Origin: Diplonema japonicum
Lineage: Eukaryota; Protista; Euglenozoa: Diplonemea
NCBI GenBank assembly: GCA_964019335.1
Contig: OZ025734.1
Location: 1-64,000, forward strand
Direction: 5' to 3'
DNA: 64,000 nucleotides
A model generated the notes under the pieces. It searched no databases. It was not told the DNA's origin and worked only from the letters and a program-made list of their open reading frames with translations. This document shows, one piece after another, positions 20,828-31,400 of the stretch (positions are counted from its first letter, which is position 1; the number at the start of each line of letters is the position of its first letter). The translations under genes and the position numbers were made by a program.

Positions 20828-21402
20828 TTACATCTCAGGTTCCGTGTTCGTGGGGCATTTCCCGGCCATGCATGAGGCGATTGTCGCCTTGATATTCTCC
20901 ATGAAGGATTGTTTTTCGTTGACGCGTACCTCACCTCCTACCTGCTGGCAGTTCCAGTATTTCTGGATGGAAGGAGTGCCGTCTACTAGCTGCCGTTCCT
21001 GAGTATTTTTTTCTTCCCCACCCCATTTTTATTGTGGCGTACCGAAAGGTCTAAGTTGTCTTTGTGGTGAATGTCGATTGAGTAGAACGCAGCACCTGGA
21101 CGGTCTTCATTCATCCACTGTTCGACCTCTTTGTACATTTCCGCTTTAGAAAGACAAGGCATGCAGCCTTTCTTCCAGTACTTCACAACCATCAGCTCGT
21201 CGTTCCTTTTGTGGTACGCAAGCTTTCTCAAAAACTCTTCTTCGCCTCGGATCGGCGGCAGCTTGGTCTCCTCAAGAAAACCACCTTCCTCGAACTCCCT
21301 CAATCTCCTCTCAAACAACTTACCGAACTCTTCCTTTGTCATCCCCGGCTTCATGAGCCCCGGGGGAAATATCCTCTGTGTGAACTCAAATACTGAACCC
21401 AT
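20828..21402 (-). CDS. Thioredoxin-fold protein (WKKGCMPC), 1 intron
   Basis: LMVVKYWKKGCMPC CxxC motif; 44-nt intron 20999-21042 restores QLVDGTPSIQKY (cis-Pro loop) and a C-terminus ending EPEM-stop. Confidence 0.8.
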
Positions 21403-21748
21403 TTTCTGTTAAACCCCCCAACCTGCCAATACAGCTAACGTTCGATCGCCAAGATCACAAACTTTCTACTTTAACACTAAATTGGCTTCTTACTGGTACA
21501 CACTAGATTTTCTTTCTTCTTTTTTTTTTTTTGAATGATGTGAAAAAGAAAAGATAAAAAGAAGAAGAAAAAAAAATAGATCCTTTAGTGCCCTCCCCCC
21601 GCCGTGCCCTTGGTTATTTCCGCACCTGTTCAACAAACAGCTGCCTGGGGGGCATGTGAGGATACGGGGGGTAGGGGCAGTGAGTGGAGTTGTTCTTATT
21701 AAAGAGAGAGAAGAAGAGGTGCTTTTTTGTCATTTATTCAAAATCCGA

Positions 21749-22533
21749 TCACTGCGGAGGAGGCATGCCAGGGGGAAGTGGCATGCCAGGAGGAAGCGGC
21801 ATGCCAGGGGGAAGTGGCATGCCAGGGGGCGGGAGAGGCGCACCTGTAATTTGGAGTAACTACGTGTATTTAGTTTATACCTAGGCCAGAAGGAAGTGCC
21901 ATTCCGGGAGGAGGTGTCATTCCGGGAGGAGGAGTCATTCCAGGAGGAGGAATCATTCCAGGAGGAGGTGGCATTCCAGACATGAACCCTTGAACACCTG
22001 CAGCACCGCGAGAGGGTGCTTGCGCCATGGGCGGCATTCCTCTGCCCTTGCCTTTTCCGCCTCTAGGTTGCGGCATTGGGGCCGCTCTCCCAGCTGCCCG
22101 TCCTGTCACAATTGGTGTTTCTTTATGAATTTCAAGAGCATACCTGAACCCTCACCAGGAAGCCGAACACATGTCTTCTTTGCTTGCTGCGAAGGAGGTG
22201 CCTTGCCGAGTGCACCCTGCACAGTGACCCCCACAATAGACTCCCCTCTCAGAAGGATGAAACCCAATTCCCTGCTAACCTGCTCTTTGGCACCTCCCTT
22301 CACCACCTTCATCCTTGTTTCGATAGCATCCCGCATCACAATGTTCAAATACTGTGTGTGTGTGTTTTTTTTTTTTTTTTCTTTTTCTCTCAACTCTCAA
22401 AAAACATTTCATTCGCACATACTTTGTCAAAGGCCACGAAGGTCCCGGTGATTTCCCTGCCGGTGTTCAGTTCAGCTGTCACCTCGGAGTTGAGGTAGTT
22501 GAACATTCTAGATTTTCTTGATATACCCGCCAT
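21749..22533 (-). CDS. SNRPB: Spliceosomal Sm protein B with Pro/Gly-rich tail, 3 introns
   Basis: Sm1 GREITGTFVAFDK|YLNIVMRDAIE, Sm2 RELGFILLRGESIV; PPPGM repeats; introns 22352-22422, 22103-22143, 21844-21880. Confidence 0.88.
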
Positions 22534-22638
22534 TTTCTTTTTTTCCCTCCTCCCCCTCACCTTTGGTGTTTAAAGAGCAGGAAAGAAAGAAATACATGAA
22601 CTGACCACTCAATTACTGTTTCCATTCTTTTTTTCTTT

Positions 22639-23898
22639 TCACTCCGCAGCAGCAAGCTTCTCATAGATATTAATACCGGTGTAGCGCATGATGATGTTTG
22701 GAAGGGACCTGATCCAGCATGCCATCACCCTTCCACTCTTCTCCTGTAACATAATCTCCTCCTTGATCATCATGTGCATGCTCTCCATCAGGGGTTCTGA
22801 GGATTTGAAGTCCAGTGTCTGCAGCTTGTCGGCACCGAACTGGCCCCATTGCCTCATGGAGCTAACCTTTTTGTGGTAGAAATCGAAAATAAGTTGTCTC
22901 AACAGTAGACCTGTGGGGGGCGCTGTGGGCACGCCCAGCTTGGTGTCTTTCAGGAGGGACTTGACAATGTACTCTGGGCCAAGCTTGGCGTTGTAAGTGA
23001 CAAGAGCCATCGCAATCATCCTGCGGATCTGGTGAATCATGAATGCGGCACCCTTAACGGTGATGGTAGCTACCTCCATCCCATCGATGACATCTATACT
23101 GTCGATCTTGAACTCTGTCACGTAGCGTTGCGCGCTGGGGTCACCAAGCGGTTTGTCTTTCGTGTAGTTGTGGAACCAGTTTGTCCCAACGTACTCGGCC
23201 AGTATCTTGTCCACCCTCGCCCTTGCTGTGTCGGTCAGTCTGTAGGCCTTTAGCTTCTCGAACATCTCATCTGGTATCGCCGCGTAGCCTGTGTTGCCCG
23301 CTTGACCCCCTTCCTCTCCTTCTTCGTTCTCGATCTTCACCATGGCTGTTTCAGGAGAAAACACCGACCGGAAGTCCTCTAAGAACGCAAACGTGGGCAG
23401 CACATAGTTGTAGTACCTGTGGCTGACTGCCGTCTTCGAGTTGAAGCTCTTCGTGACCTTCACTGCATCGTACACACGGATCTGCTTCGGGAGGTGCTCA
23501 TTCACAGCACAGACAAAGGCGGCGTTGTTGTCAGGCTCTTGCAGTTTCAGGGACACCAGGTTCATCACTGCGTGGACACCTTTGTCTGTCCTGCTGGCCC
23601 GCATCCAGCCAATCTTCTGCAAAGCGTTCATCCCGCTGTTACCCGACACCATGTTGTCCGCACTGATGCCACCAGCCTTGTGGATCGCATTCATAAGATC
23701 CTCCTCGATGGTCTTGAACCCCTTGTTATACTGCAGTCCTTGGTACCCTGTGCCCACGTAGCCCAGAGCAATGGCATATGGCTTCTTTTTCGCCCCGCGT
23801 CCTCCTTCTTCGGTGCGCGCCTTCTTCGCAGGTGGCTCATCTGTTTGCACCACCTCGACTGTTTCCTTCACCTGTTCTTGTGTTTCGCTGCCAGGCAT
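22639..23898 (-). CDS. PUS1: tRNA pseudouridine synthase, TruA/Pus1 family
   Basis: GYVGTGYQGLQ, RASRTDKGVHA, YVGTNWFHNYT, GAAFMIHQIRRMI, APPTGLLL. Confidence 0.9.
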   Translation of the reverse strand: MPGSETQEQVKETVEVVQTDEPPAKKARTEEGGRGAKKKPYAIALGYVGTGYQGLQYNKGFKTIEEDLMNAIHKAGGISADNMVSGNSGMNALQKIGWMRASRTDKGVHAVMNLVSLKLQEPDNNAAFVCAVNEHLPKQIRVYDAVKVTKSFNSKTAVSHRYYNYVLPTFAFLEDFRSVFSPETAMVKIENEEGEEGGQAGNTGYAAIPDEMFEKLKAYRLTDTARARVDKILAEYVGTNWFHNYTKDKPLGDPSAQRYVTEFKIDSIDVIDGMEVATITVKGAAFMIHQIRRMIAMALVTYNAKLGPEYIVKSLLKDTKLGVPTAPPTGLLLRQLIFDFYHKKVSSMRQWGQFGADKLQTLDFKSSEPLMESMHMMIKEEIMLQEKSGRVMACWIRSLPNIIMRYTGINIYEKLAAAE

Positions 23899-23944
23899 TT
23901 TTGCTCCTGTGTGACAAGTGTTGTGTGGAAGTGAAATGAACTAA

Positions 23945-25699
23945 CTATAGCACCCTCTTCATGACCTCCCCTAAGCACACTGTCGCGTAGCACGATGAAG
24001 GCAGTGCGAAGCTTATCTTGATAGTGTCCCCCTCCTCTGCAACGGCCACGCCCTCTGGCTTTGCATTGATATGCCTGTAGCTTGGTGTAAGTTTTATGTT
24101 CAACTCTTTCGTGTCCCAGTCTGCCCTGGTCAGGCCGTACTCCTGCAGAACCTCGTCATAAATTGCACCCACTTCGTTGTCGGGGTACAGAGTGCTGCTG
24201 CTGCCTGGCTTTGGGTGCACGACCTCCGTAATGACGTGCTGCGAAGGATCTTCACACACAACAGGCGCTGCCTTCTGCGCTTTGTTTGTGGTTGTCAGTG
24301 ACGGGAGAATGAGGTCGCCCTTCAGCACCTTGGAACCGTGTCTCTTCAGCCTGAGGTACAACACCTTGTTCCACAACCAGCTTTGGAAGCTATGGAACCA
24401 CAGCTCCCTCACCGAGTGGGGCATGTTGCGGAACCACTTCACAGGCTCAGCAGGGTGTTTGCTCTTTGCATAGAGGACATCTTTTTCAGTGTTTTTGAAG
24501 ATGGGAAGTGCTTTTGCTGCCGCTAGTGCGTCCCCTGTCTTGGCATAGTTGGTCTTAATGCCGTTGACCTCGTCAGTGTCAGCCTCGCAGCATGTCATCA
24601 TAACGTCGACTGCACGCTCCCACTCTTTGCGCACTAAGTGCAGCCCTGCATGCAAATCTTGCTTGCAGATGACAGCAAATCTCTGCGAGCCAAAAAAGTT
24701 GTGAAAACCTTGATCCATGAGCTTCGCTGCCTCGCATACTGCGGCAGCTCCCACGCTTACATCTCGCAGCGTGATTTCAAACTTGTTCCCCAACAACTGC
24801 CCCTTCACCAACCCTTCGTTCTCGTACTTCATGTCGCACACACGGAGCTTGTCGTGCGTAATCCTTGCCAACTTGTTTCCCAGTAGGCCTTTCAACGAGC
24901 ACCGCTGTACGGTGATCGCCTTTTTGTCTTTCATTCCGCAGCATGAAATGTCCTGCTCACCGCAGTGCACCAACCGGGCGATGAGCCTTGCTGACTCGAA
25001 CCATGACAGATCCGTCTTCTGCAGTGTGAAATGGAGGTAAGGTTGCTCGATATCGGCACGTTTCCTTTTAGGAGGCTTCTTCGTAACGGTGACAGCACCA
25101 TCCCTGGCAGCAACCTGGATGGCACCGAATTTAGCTGTGATGGTCTCGTAGAACTGTTTCTTGAGATCTTTGTCATCAGTGATGTAGGGAAGGGAGAGGG
25201 GGGCACGAGAAGGGTTCACCGCGTACTGGATGATGCCGGCAGCACCGTCTTCACCGAAGAGCTTGCAAAACAGGGGGTAAGCAGGGCATCTGATCACGGA
25301 CACCACTGATGCAACAGAGTGCATCGCTAAGTGCGGGTGCTCATTTTTCAACTCTCTGTTGAAAGCTATCCTCGTATCCCTGTCTTTGATGGTGCCCACT
25401 TCCAGAGATCCCCCCACCGCAAGGTTCTCTAAGTCGCTCTTTGGTATCTTATCTAGGAGCCCAGTCAGCACCTGCTCCTGCTGCTGTTCCGGTTTCTCAG
25501 CATCTTCGCAAGGGTTCTTCTTCCAATTAGCGTACTTCTTCGCAAACTCCGGCACCGCAGGTAGCCCCTTGTTGTCGTTCAGTGTCAACACCTTCCCCGC
25601 CATGCTGATCTCGTTCACAATGAAGTCTTCGACGTTCTCTTTGAACTTGGCATCGAAGCCGCTGCCCTCGCCGTCGAAATATATCCAGAAATGCTCCAT
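23945..25699 (-). CDS. PUS7: Pseudouridine synthase, TruD/Pus7 family
   Basis: EDFIVNEI, GMKDKKAITVQ, GQLLGNKFEITLR, GFHNFFGSQRF, HSFQSWLWN, FALPSSCYATVCLGE. Confidence 0.92.
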   Translation of the reverse strand: MEHFWIYFDGEGSGFDAKFKENVEDFIVNEISMAGKVLTLNDNKGLPAVPEFAKKYANWKKNPCEDAEKPEQQQEQVLTGLLDKIPKSDLENLAVGGSLEVGTIKDRDTRIAFNRELKNEHPHLAMHSVASVVSVIRCPAYPLFCKLFGEDGAAGIIQYAVNPSRAPLSLPYITDDKDLKKQFYETITAKFGAIQVAARDGAVTVTKKPPKRKRADIEQPYLHFTLQKTDLSWFESARLIARLVHCGEQDISCCGMKDKKAITVQRCSLKGLLGNKLARITHDKLRVCDMKYENEGLVKGQLLGNKFEITLRDVSVGAAAVCEAAKLMDQGFHNFFGSQRFAVICKQDLHAGLHLVRKEWERAVDVMMTCCEADTDEVNGIKTNYAKTGDALAAAKALPIFKNTEKDVLYAKSKHPAEPVKWFRNMPHSVRELWFHSFQSWLWNKVLYLRLKRHGSKVLKGDLILPSLTTTNKAQKAAPVVCEDPSQHVITEVVHPKPGSSSTLYPDNEVGAIYDEVLQEYGLTRADWDTKELNIKLTPSYRHINAKPEGVAVAEEGDTIKISFALPSSCYATVCLGEVMKRVL

Positions 25700-25822
25700 C
25701 CTGTGAAGGAAATGCGTTTTAACTGTATTAGCAGATAATAAATAACAACATCACAAAATGGAGGGAGGAATCCGTAACAATCTAATGGGAAGAGCAAGTT
25801 AATACAGTCAGTTGGCAACCGA

Positions 25823-28554
25823 TCAGTTCTTCCCCCACGAAGACATTTCGTTGCTGCGCGAGGACAGCAGGGAGGTTACCCTTTCTTCTATGTTTTTAAG
25901 CGCATCGTCTTGCGACATGTACGCGGCTGAGGGACGCATAGAGGCCGCGCCACCGGGGCCCATGCTCCTCGAGGGGGTGACCCCAGGGGATTGGAAAGTT
26001 CCATGTCCCGGTGCAGGTGACGTGTGCCTAAGGACCTCTTGGTAGTGATCGTTCTCTATGGTTGCATCTTTCATGCCCTGGTGGAGTGCTTGGACTTCCC
26101 TCTTGAGGTCAGTCACTGTCTTATTCAGGTGGCTTCGTTCTGACTCTAATTGTAGCACACGCTGGTCGGCTTCTTCTCGAGATTGTCTCAACGAGTTGCT
26201 GACACCTTTCTCGCTCTGCAGCTGCCCGCTCAGCACGCCGTGTCCCGCTCCGTAGTGTCTGGCATCTGACTCTATCTGTCTCATGCGGTTTTGCAGGTCG
26301 CTCATCTTGTGGCGAAGTGAGAAGTTCTCGTCTCTCAAGTCTTTATTTTCAGCCTCATCGTCGCGCTCCTGTAGATGGTTTTGAGCATGACGGTGATGAC
26401 ATACCTTGTGCTTCATGCCGTCTAGCTTCATGTGGGCCTCTTTGAGCTGTCTCTTCACAACCTCGCATTCTGTGTCCAACTCGTTAAGCCTCATTTTCGT
26501 GTCCCCCTGCTCCGCGTTGGCTCTATTGTGCGACATCTTGAGGCTTTGTATCTCGTTCTGCAGTCGCATCGCCTCGTCTCTCGCGGAGGCCTCACGTGCC
26601 TCGGCATCTACCTTCAACTGCATTGCTTCCCACGTTTCTTTGGCGAGCCTCTCGTTCTCTTGTCTTACGGCCATCTGCCGAGTCTCCATCTCCATCAACT
26701 CCCCTTTGAACCCTTCGCTGTGGCCGCTGCGCTTTTTTAGCTCGTCCTTCAACATCTTGTTTTCAGCAATGAGCTTGTTCTTGTTTTCGTCCCTTACGCC
26801 CGACAACTTCCTGTACTCTTGGATCTCTTCATCGTGGTCCCTGAGGCTCTCCTGCAGGACGGCTTTCTCGTTCTGCAGCTTTGCGAAAGCATTGTTCGCT
26901 TCGTTCAAGTTAGTGGTCAGCGTCGCGAGGTGTTCTCTGTCCACGATGTACGCCTCCTTGAGGGCTACATGCTGTGTGTGCAGATCGCCGAACCTGTGGA
27001 TCTCGTCCTTGACATCTGACTTCACAACACGCATGTCCTCCCACGCTAGTATGAGGTCGTCGCGGAGCCTCCCCATCAATGTGACGCAGGCACTCTCGTC
27101 GCCGTGGGACAGGGGGGCGGCACGCTGTTGCATCTGCAGTTCTCTCTCTCGTGCCTGCTCGCGCATGAGTTCCATTTCAAGATCCCTCGTTTCTTTCGGT
27201 GCATGTTGCATGGCAGCCTCTCGCACAATGGCCCTGAACTCGTCCACCTCCTCTATAAGCCTTGCAGCCTCTGAACTCGTGGCTTCTATAGCACGTAGCA
27301 CCTTGGCGGCAAATCCAGCCCTCTCACGGTGCTGCGCCGTGATGTCCTCTTCAGCTTCGGCTGTCTGGTCTCGCAGCTTTCCGGCCTGCTCTTCGCTCCT
27401 TGTGATGTCCTCGTGAGCCCTTCGCAGTTGCTCGTTGAGCCTGTCATTCATCTCGTGCAGGCTGTTGTTCTCCTCCTTCATGGCCTCCAACTGCTGAAGC
27501 GCGTCATTAATCTCCCGGAGGTTGATGTCCTCTGCTTTGCTCTTAGATTCTATGCCCGCCCGCAAGTTCGCAATGTCCTGGTGGAGTTCTGCATTAGTGG
27601 TTTGAGCTTTGTCCCACTGGGCCTTTAGAACAAGGATCTCTTCTTTCTGCTGCATCTCAAGCCTCAGCCACTCCTTCTTGTCCTCTACAAGGGAAGAGAT
27701 CTCGCTGGCCATTCTTTGAGCTTCAAGCTCGTGGTGCTGCTGCCTTTTGACGATGCTCTCATCACGCTCCTTGTTTCTGACAACAAGTTCTTTTGCAATT
27801 CTCTCGAAGTTTTCTTTCATCATTGCAACTTCTTTCTTCGCCTTCCGCATCTGTTCATCTTTTATCGCCACCTCCTTTTCCTTCTCGGATATGTTGGCAG
27901 CCTGCAAGTGTTGACGTTGGTTGTCGGCCATATACCTGGTGGTCGAGCTCCAGCTCCATGGAGTTCACGGACTTGTTTGCTTCCATCTTGCATTGATCCG
28001 CCTGCAGTTTAATGGCTTGTGTTAAATAATCATACCAAGGATTCGAGTCTGGCATTCTCCTCTTGGAGCCTTCTAATCTCTTCTCCTGTGGTCATGCGTG
28101 TCCCCCTCAATTCCTCTGCCTGTGATGTAATCTGGCGCTTGAGCTTGATGAGGTGTTCCGACGTTTGCTTCCTGTCACGGTCGTACTCACTCTGCTGGCG
28201 GGCGAGCGCTGCATCATGCTCGTCTTTGAGTTCTTCTTTCTCAGTTGTGAGACGTGTTTTGTACTTTTCGGTATAGTCGCCCATGGCAGAGATCTTGCTG
28301 TTCAGCTCGTCGCATTCCTTCCGTTTTTCTTCGTACAACCTACGCAGCTCTACAAGCTCCCTGTCCTGCTCCCGCTTCTTGTTCACAACATCGCCAAACT
28401 GCAAATCGACATTCTGTGTTGTTTATACCACGTCTCTCAACCATACCTGTGGTGCCACTCGTGGGGGCGATACCCTGCCAGCCTGCTGTGGGGGGATGCC
28501 ATCAGCCTGTTGCGTGGGTATGATAGAATACGGCGGCTGATAGCCCGTGGCCAT
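25823..28554 (-). CDS. Long coiled-coil protein (cytoskeletal/basal-body type), 4 introns
   Basis: Heptad-rich exons joined by introns 28399-28446, 28002-28035, 27902-27935, 26369-26404; start MATGYQPP at 28554. Confidence 0.75.
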
Positions 28555-28622
28555 GCTGAGCTTCTTCCTGTGATACCGTAACGAGTTTCAAACTGAAAAA
28601 AAAAGGGTAAAAACTAAGTCGA

Positions 28623-29276
28623 TTAAGTCCTTGCCGCATTTGCAGCGAAGACCAAAAGGTCGATGACGTAAGGCTTCAGCGTGTCAGCACCCAAGGACAT
28701 GTCGATGCCGCATTGCGCGAAGAGGTCTGCGTGGTAGATGGCGAGATGGGAGAGCCCGCTCTGCGGGAGCTGGAGGAGATGTTCCATATGAGCCATGAGG
28801 CGGTCTGTCATGGGGGAGGCGACTGCGGGGTAAGGAAGGTACGTGATGTCGACCATGACGCCTTTGAAGTCTCCGTTGGCACGCACCTGACCCACGGACA
28901 CCCGCCAGTCTCTGTTTGTGAATGCTTTTTCGTACTTCACACTGATGTGTTGCCGTGCTTTCTCAACAAGCTCGCACCCCGCCATTATCTTTCCCAATGA
29001 CGTGTCACACCCGTCCACCTCCTCTACTATCACACCCGGCTTGGGCGGCCTCGGTAGCACGACGTTATAAACCTTTCCCAACCCCGCTACTGTGTACCAC
29101 GGCTCCTCACCCTCAACGTCGTACCGGTGCATAGACACTTCTTCTGGTAGGCGGCCGTGCGCCGACTCTTCTGACAACCCACTCTCTCGCATCTTCTCTT
29201 GCAATCTTGTCACCACCTGCCCGTACTTGGCAACATCCCTCGTCTGCAGTCCATATAGTTTCCTGGCACACTGCAT
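28623..29276 (-). CDS. Mediator subunit Med20-like protein
   Basis: RDWRVSVGQVRANGDFKGVMVDITYLP resembles the Med20 D-F-x-I/V-x-x-G-x-V...F/L-K-G-x-x-x-E-x-E-Y-x-P motif; ~217 aa; TACAG-G-ATG start. Confidence 0.55.
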   Translation of the reverse strand: MQCARKLYGLQTRDVAKYGQVVTRLQEKMRESGLSEESAHGRLPEEVSMHRYDVEGEEPWYTVAGLGKVYNVVLPRPPKPGVIVEEVDGCDTSLGKIMAGCELVEKARQHISVKYEKAFTNRDWRVSVGQVRANGDFKGVMVDITYLPYPAVASPMTDRLMAHMEHLLQLPQSGLSHLAIYHADLFAQCGIDMSLGADTLKPYVIDLLVFAANAART

Positions 29277-29370
29277 CCTGTAAGTGGATATGGTACAAAA
29301 AGAAAAAATAAAACCGAAGAAAATTATACAGTGATACAATAAAAGTACAAGATACAAAGCACGGAGTGTG

Positions 29371-30492
29371 CTACGCCGTGCTGAAGCGACTGATGGCATT
29401 GAGGAGCTTTCTCTTAGGCCCAATGGGGATGCCCATGTTCACTAAATCACTTTCCATTAATATGGAGGCGGTGGTGAGGTCGTGGACCTCTGCCGCCTCG
29501 AAAGCTGGGAGGTATTGCGGGAGGTTGAGGGCAGTCAGCCACTCGGATAAGGTGCGAACTACAACAGGCTGCGGCATTGAAGGGGGGAGGAAAGGCGTTT
29601 GCCTATCGTGCTGACTGATGATAATGGGTTCTTCTTGCGAAGGGGCCCCTTTGGCCTGTGCGATGATCTGCCGTGCCCTTGTTTCAATGTCGTCAGTTTG
29701 GTGAGTCATCGGGCATGCCTCCAACAAAGCAACACACCACTGCGCAAGGTTTAACGCCGCGTGAGATATCCTCTTCAGTTCGTCCTCATCGCACATCAGC
29801 TCGTTCAACATGGACCGTGCCAGTCTGTCGGTCAGCAGGTCTTCGGGCTTCACAGCAGCAAGCCTCTCCTCGACGTGTCCACGCGGCAGTCTACGGAAGG
29901 TTCTCCAAGCAGATATCCAAAGTTTACTGTTGCTCTTGAAGAGTTCAGTAGAGTCGCGAGGTCGCTTGACCAGACCAAGGAGGAGCATGATGGGCTTGAT
30001 GGCAGGCAGCGCTGCCTGTGGGGGCTTTGTCATCGAGAAGAGCCTGTCGTACTCGGAGTCGGTGAGCGTCTTCAGCGACCGCAGGGCTTTGATGATCGTT
30101 ACTTTTCTCTGCATCTCCCGTCGTGGTGGTGACACAGGCGACGCACGGTGCGCACGCTTCGGGGATGCAGACCTCTTACGAGACAGCAAATTGACCGACC
30201 GCTTCAGCTCCTCGACACTGTCTCGCAGGTCGTTGAGCCCCCCCTCCATTGCGTACAGTGTCTCCTGCTCAGGGGACGGCCCTCTGGGTAATGGCTCTGG
30301 CATGTGTACTTCCTCAGCTGTCTCACCTTCTTGGGTGACAACAGACCCCATAGTATCAGGTATGGTCGGCTCTGCAGGTGGCGGTGGTTCAGATGGGTAG
30401 GCTGGGGAAGAGAGGTCACGCTCTACAGGGCGGCCATTTCTTGTGGGGGACACGAGTCCAGACATAAAGGGGTAGGTCATATCCGCTTGCAT
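29371..30492 (-). CDS. Protein with dynein microtubule-binding-domain-like region and C-terminal SAM domain
   Basis: LKTLT..EY..L.SMTKPP.A....PIMLLLG...W...ELKRISHAALNLAQWC; LSEWLTALNLPQYLPAF...DLVNMGIPIGPKRKLLNAI. Confidence 0.7.
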   Translation of the reverse strand: MQADMTYPFMSGLVSPTRNGRPVERDLSSPAYPSEPPPPAEPTIPDTMGSVVTQEGETAEEVHMPEPLPRGPSPEQETLYAMEGGLNDLRDSVEELKRSVNLLSRKRSASPKRAHRASPVSPPRREMQRKVTIIKALRSLKTLTDSEYDRLFSMTKPPQAALPAIKPIMLLLGLVKRPRDSTELFKSNSKLWISAWRTFRRLPRGHVEERLAAVKPEDLLTDRLARSMLNELMCDEDELKRISHAALNLAQWCVALLEACPMTHQTDDIETRARQIIAQAKGAPSQEEPIIISQHDRQTPFLPPSMPQPVVVRTLSEWLTALNLPQYLPAFEAAEVHDLTTASILMESDLVNMGIPIGPKRKLLNAISRFSTA

Positions 30493-30748
30493 TTTATACT
30501 GAAAAACACGGGGGTGAGGGTTTTTTTTGTCAACGCAAGAAACACAAACATAGAAAAAGAAGGGGGGGAGGGAGAGGGGAGAGTAAATAGTAACAGTTTA
30601 CTAAAAGGAGATAATATATCTTTTCTTTTCTTTTAAAAAAAAAAAGAATACCAACTAAACTGAATTTAAAAAAAAAAGAAGAAGAAAGATCCATCGCAAC
30701 ATGTAAATGAAAGGAAGGGACACAATGAGCTTATGAGATTAGAAACCG

Positions 30749-31013
30749 TTAGGTAAAGGCGTTTCGTTTAACCTGTACAAAAGTGGGCACAACTCTCACG
30801 GAAAAGAATATACCTTCATGTAACACCGCTTGTGATAAACGTGCGAACCAGAGAAAGCACAGTCTACTTCGGGTACCTGAAGACATAGTGTTTTGTATGA
30901 TTAAGAGCCGAGCACACCTTTTTGCCACATTTCGTACATCTTAACGCTGTGAAAGAACCAGACGCATCGTCGTCATCGCAGCACACTAAGGTGTGTGTGC
31001 ATCCATTACCCAT
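30749..31013 (-). CDS. 60-aa acylated zinc-finger microprotein (half-LIM-like), 2 introns; absent from the ORF track
   Basis: Exons 30918-31013, 30814-30876, 30749-30772 give MGNGCTHTLVCCDDDDASGSFTALRCTKCGKK|VPEVDCAFSGSHVYHKRCYMK|VKRNAFT-stop; both introns 41 nt, phase 0, GT-AG; CAG acceptor 5 nt before the ATG. Confidence 0.7.
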
Positions 31014-31400
31014 TCAACCTGGCGGGGGTGGTGGTGGTAGCGGCTGGCAGCATGAGTTGCAACCACAAATAACCACAACTGAGTTACTAAACAAAAAAAA
31101 AAAAAAAGGGAACAAGTACATCGTTACTATAACAACAGAAGAACGGAAAAATAAAAAATAAAAAAAAAAAAGGGTCGGCGTTTTGTTGTTTGTACAAGCC
31201 GGTTTTGGAAGGAAAAAAAAAGAAGAGAAAAAAAGACAAATAATGTTAACAAAAAAAGAAGGGGGGGGGGAAGAAGAAAAACCTCCACAACAGTATACAA
31301 AGTCTAGCGGCGATGCTTAAGCGGTACAACGAAAAGAAAAAAAAAGGGGGAAAGAGGGAGCGGTTGGTGGGTATTTTTGGATATTCTTCTTTTTTTCTTA

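Noticed and set aside
23899-23960. PUS7-PUS1 fusion by splicing across the 46-nt spacer
   Set aside because: Available GT donors near the PUS7 end are phase 0, while joining to PUS1 at the ACAG acceptor needs phase 1
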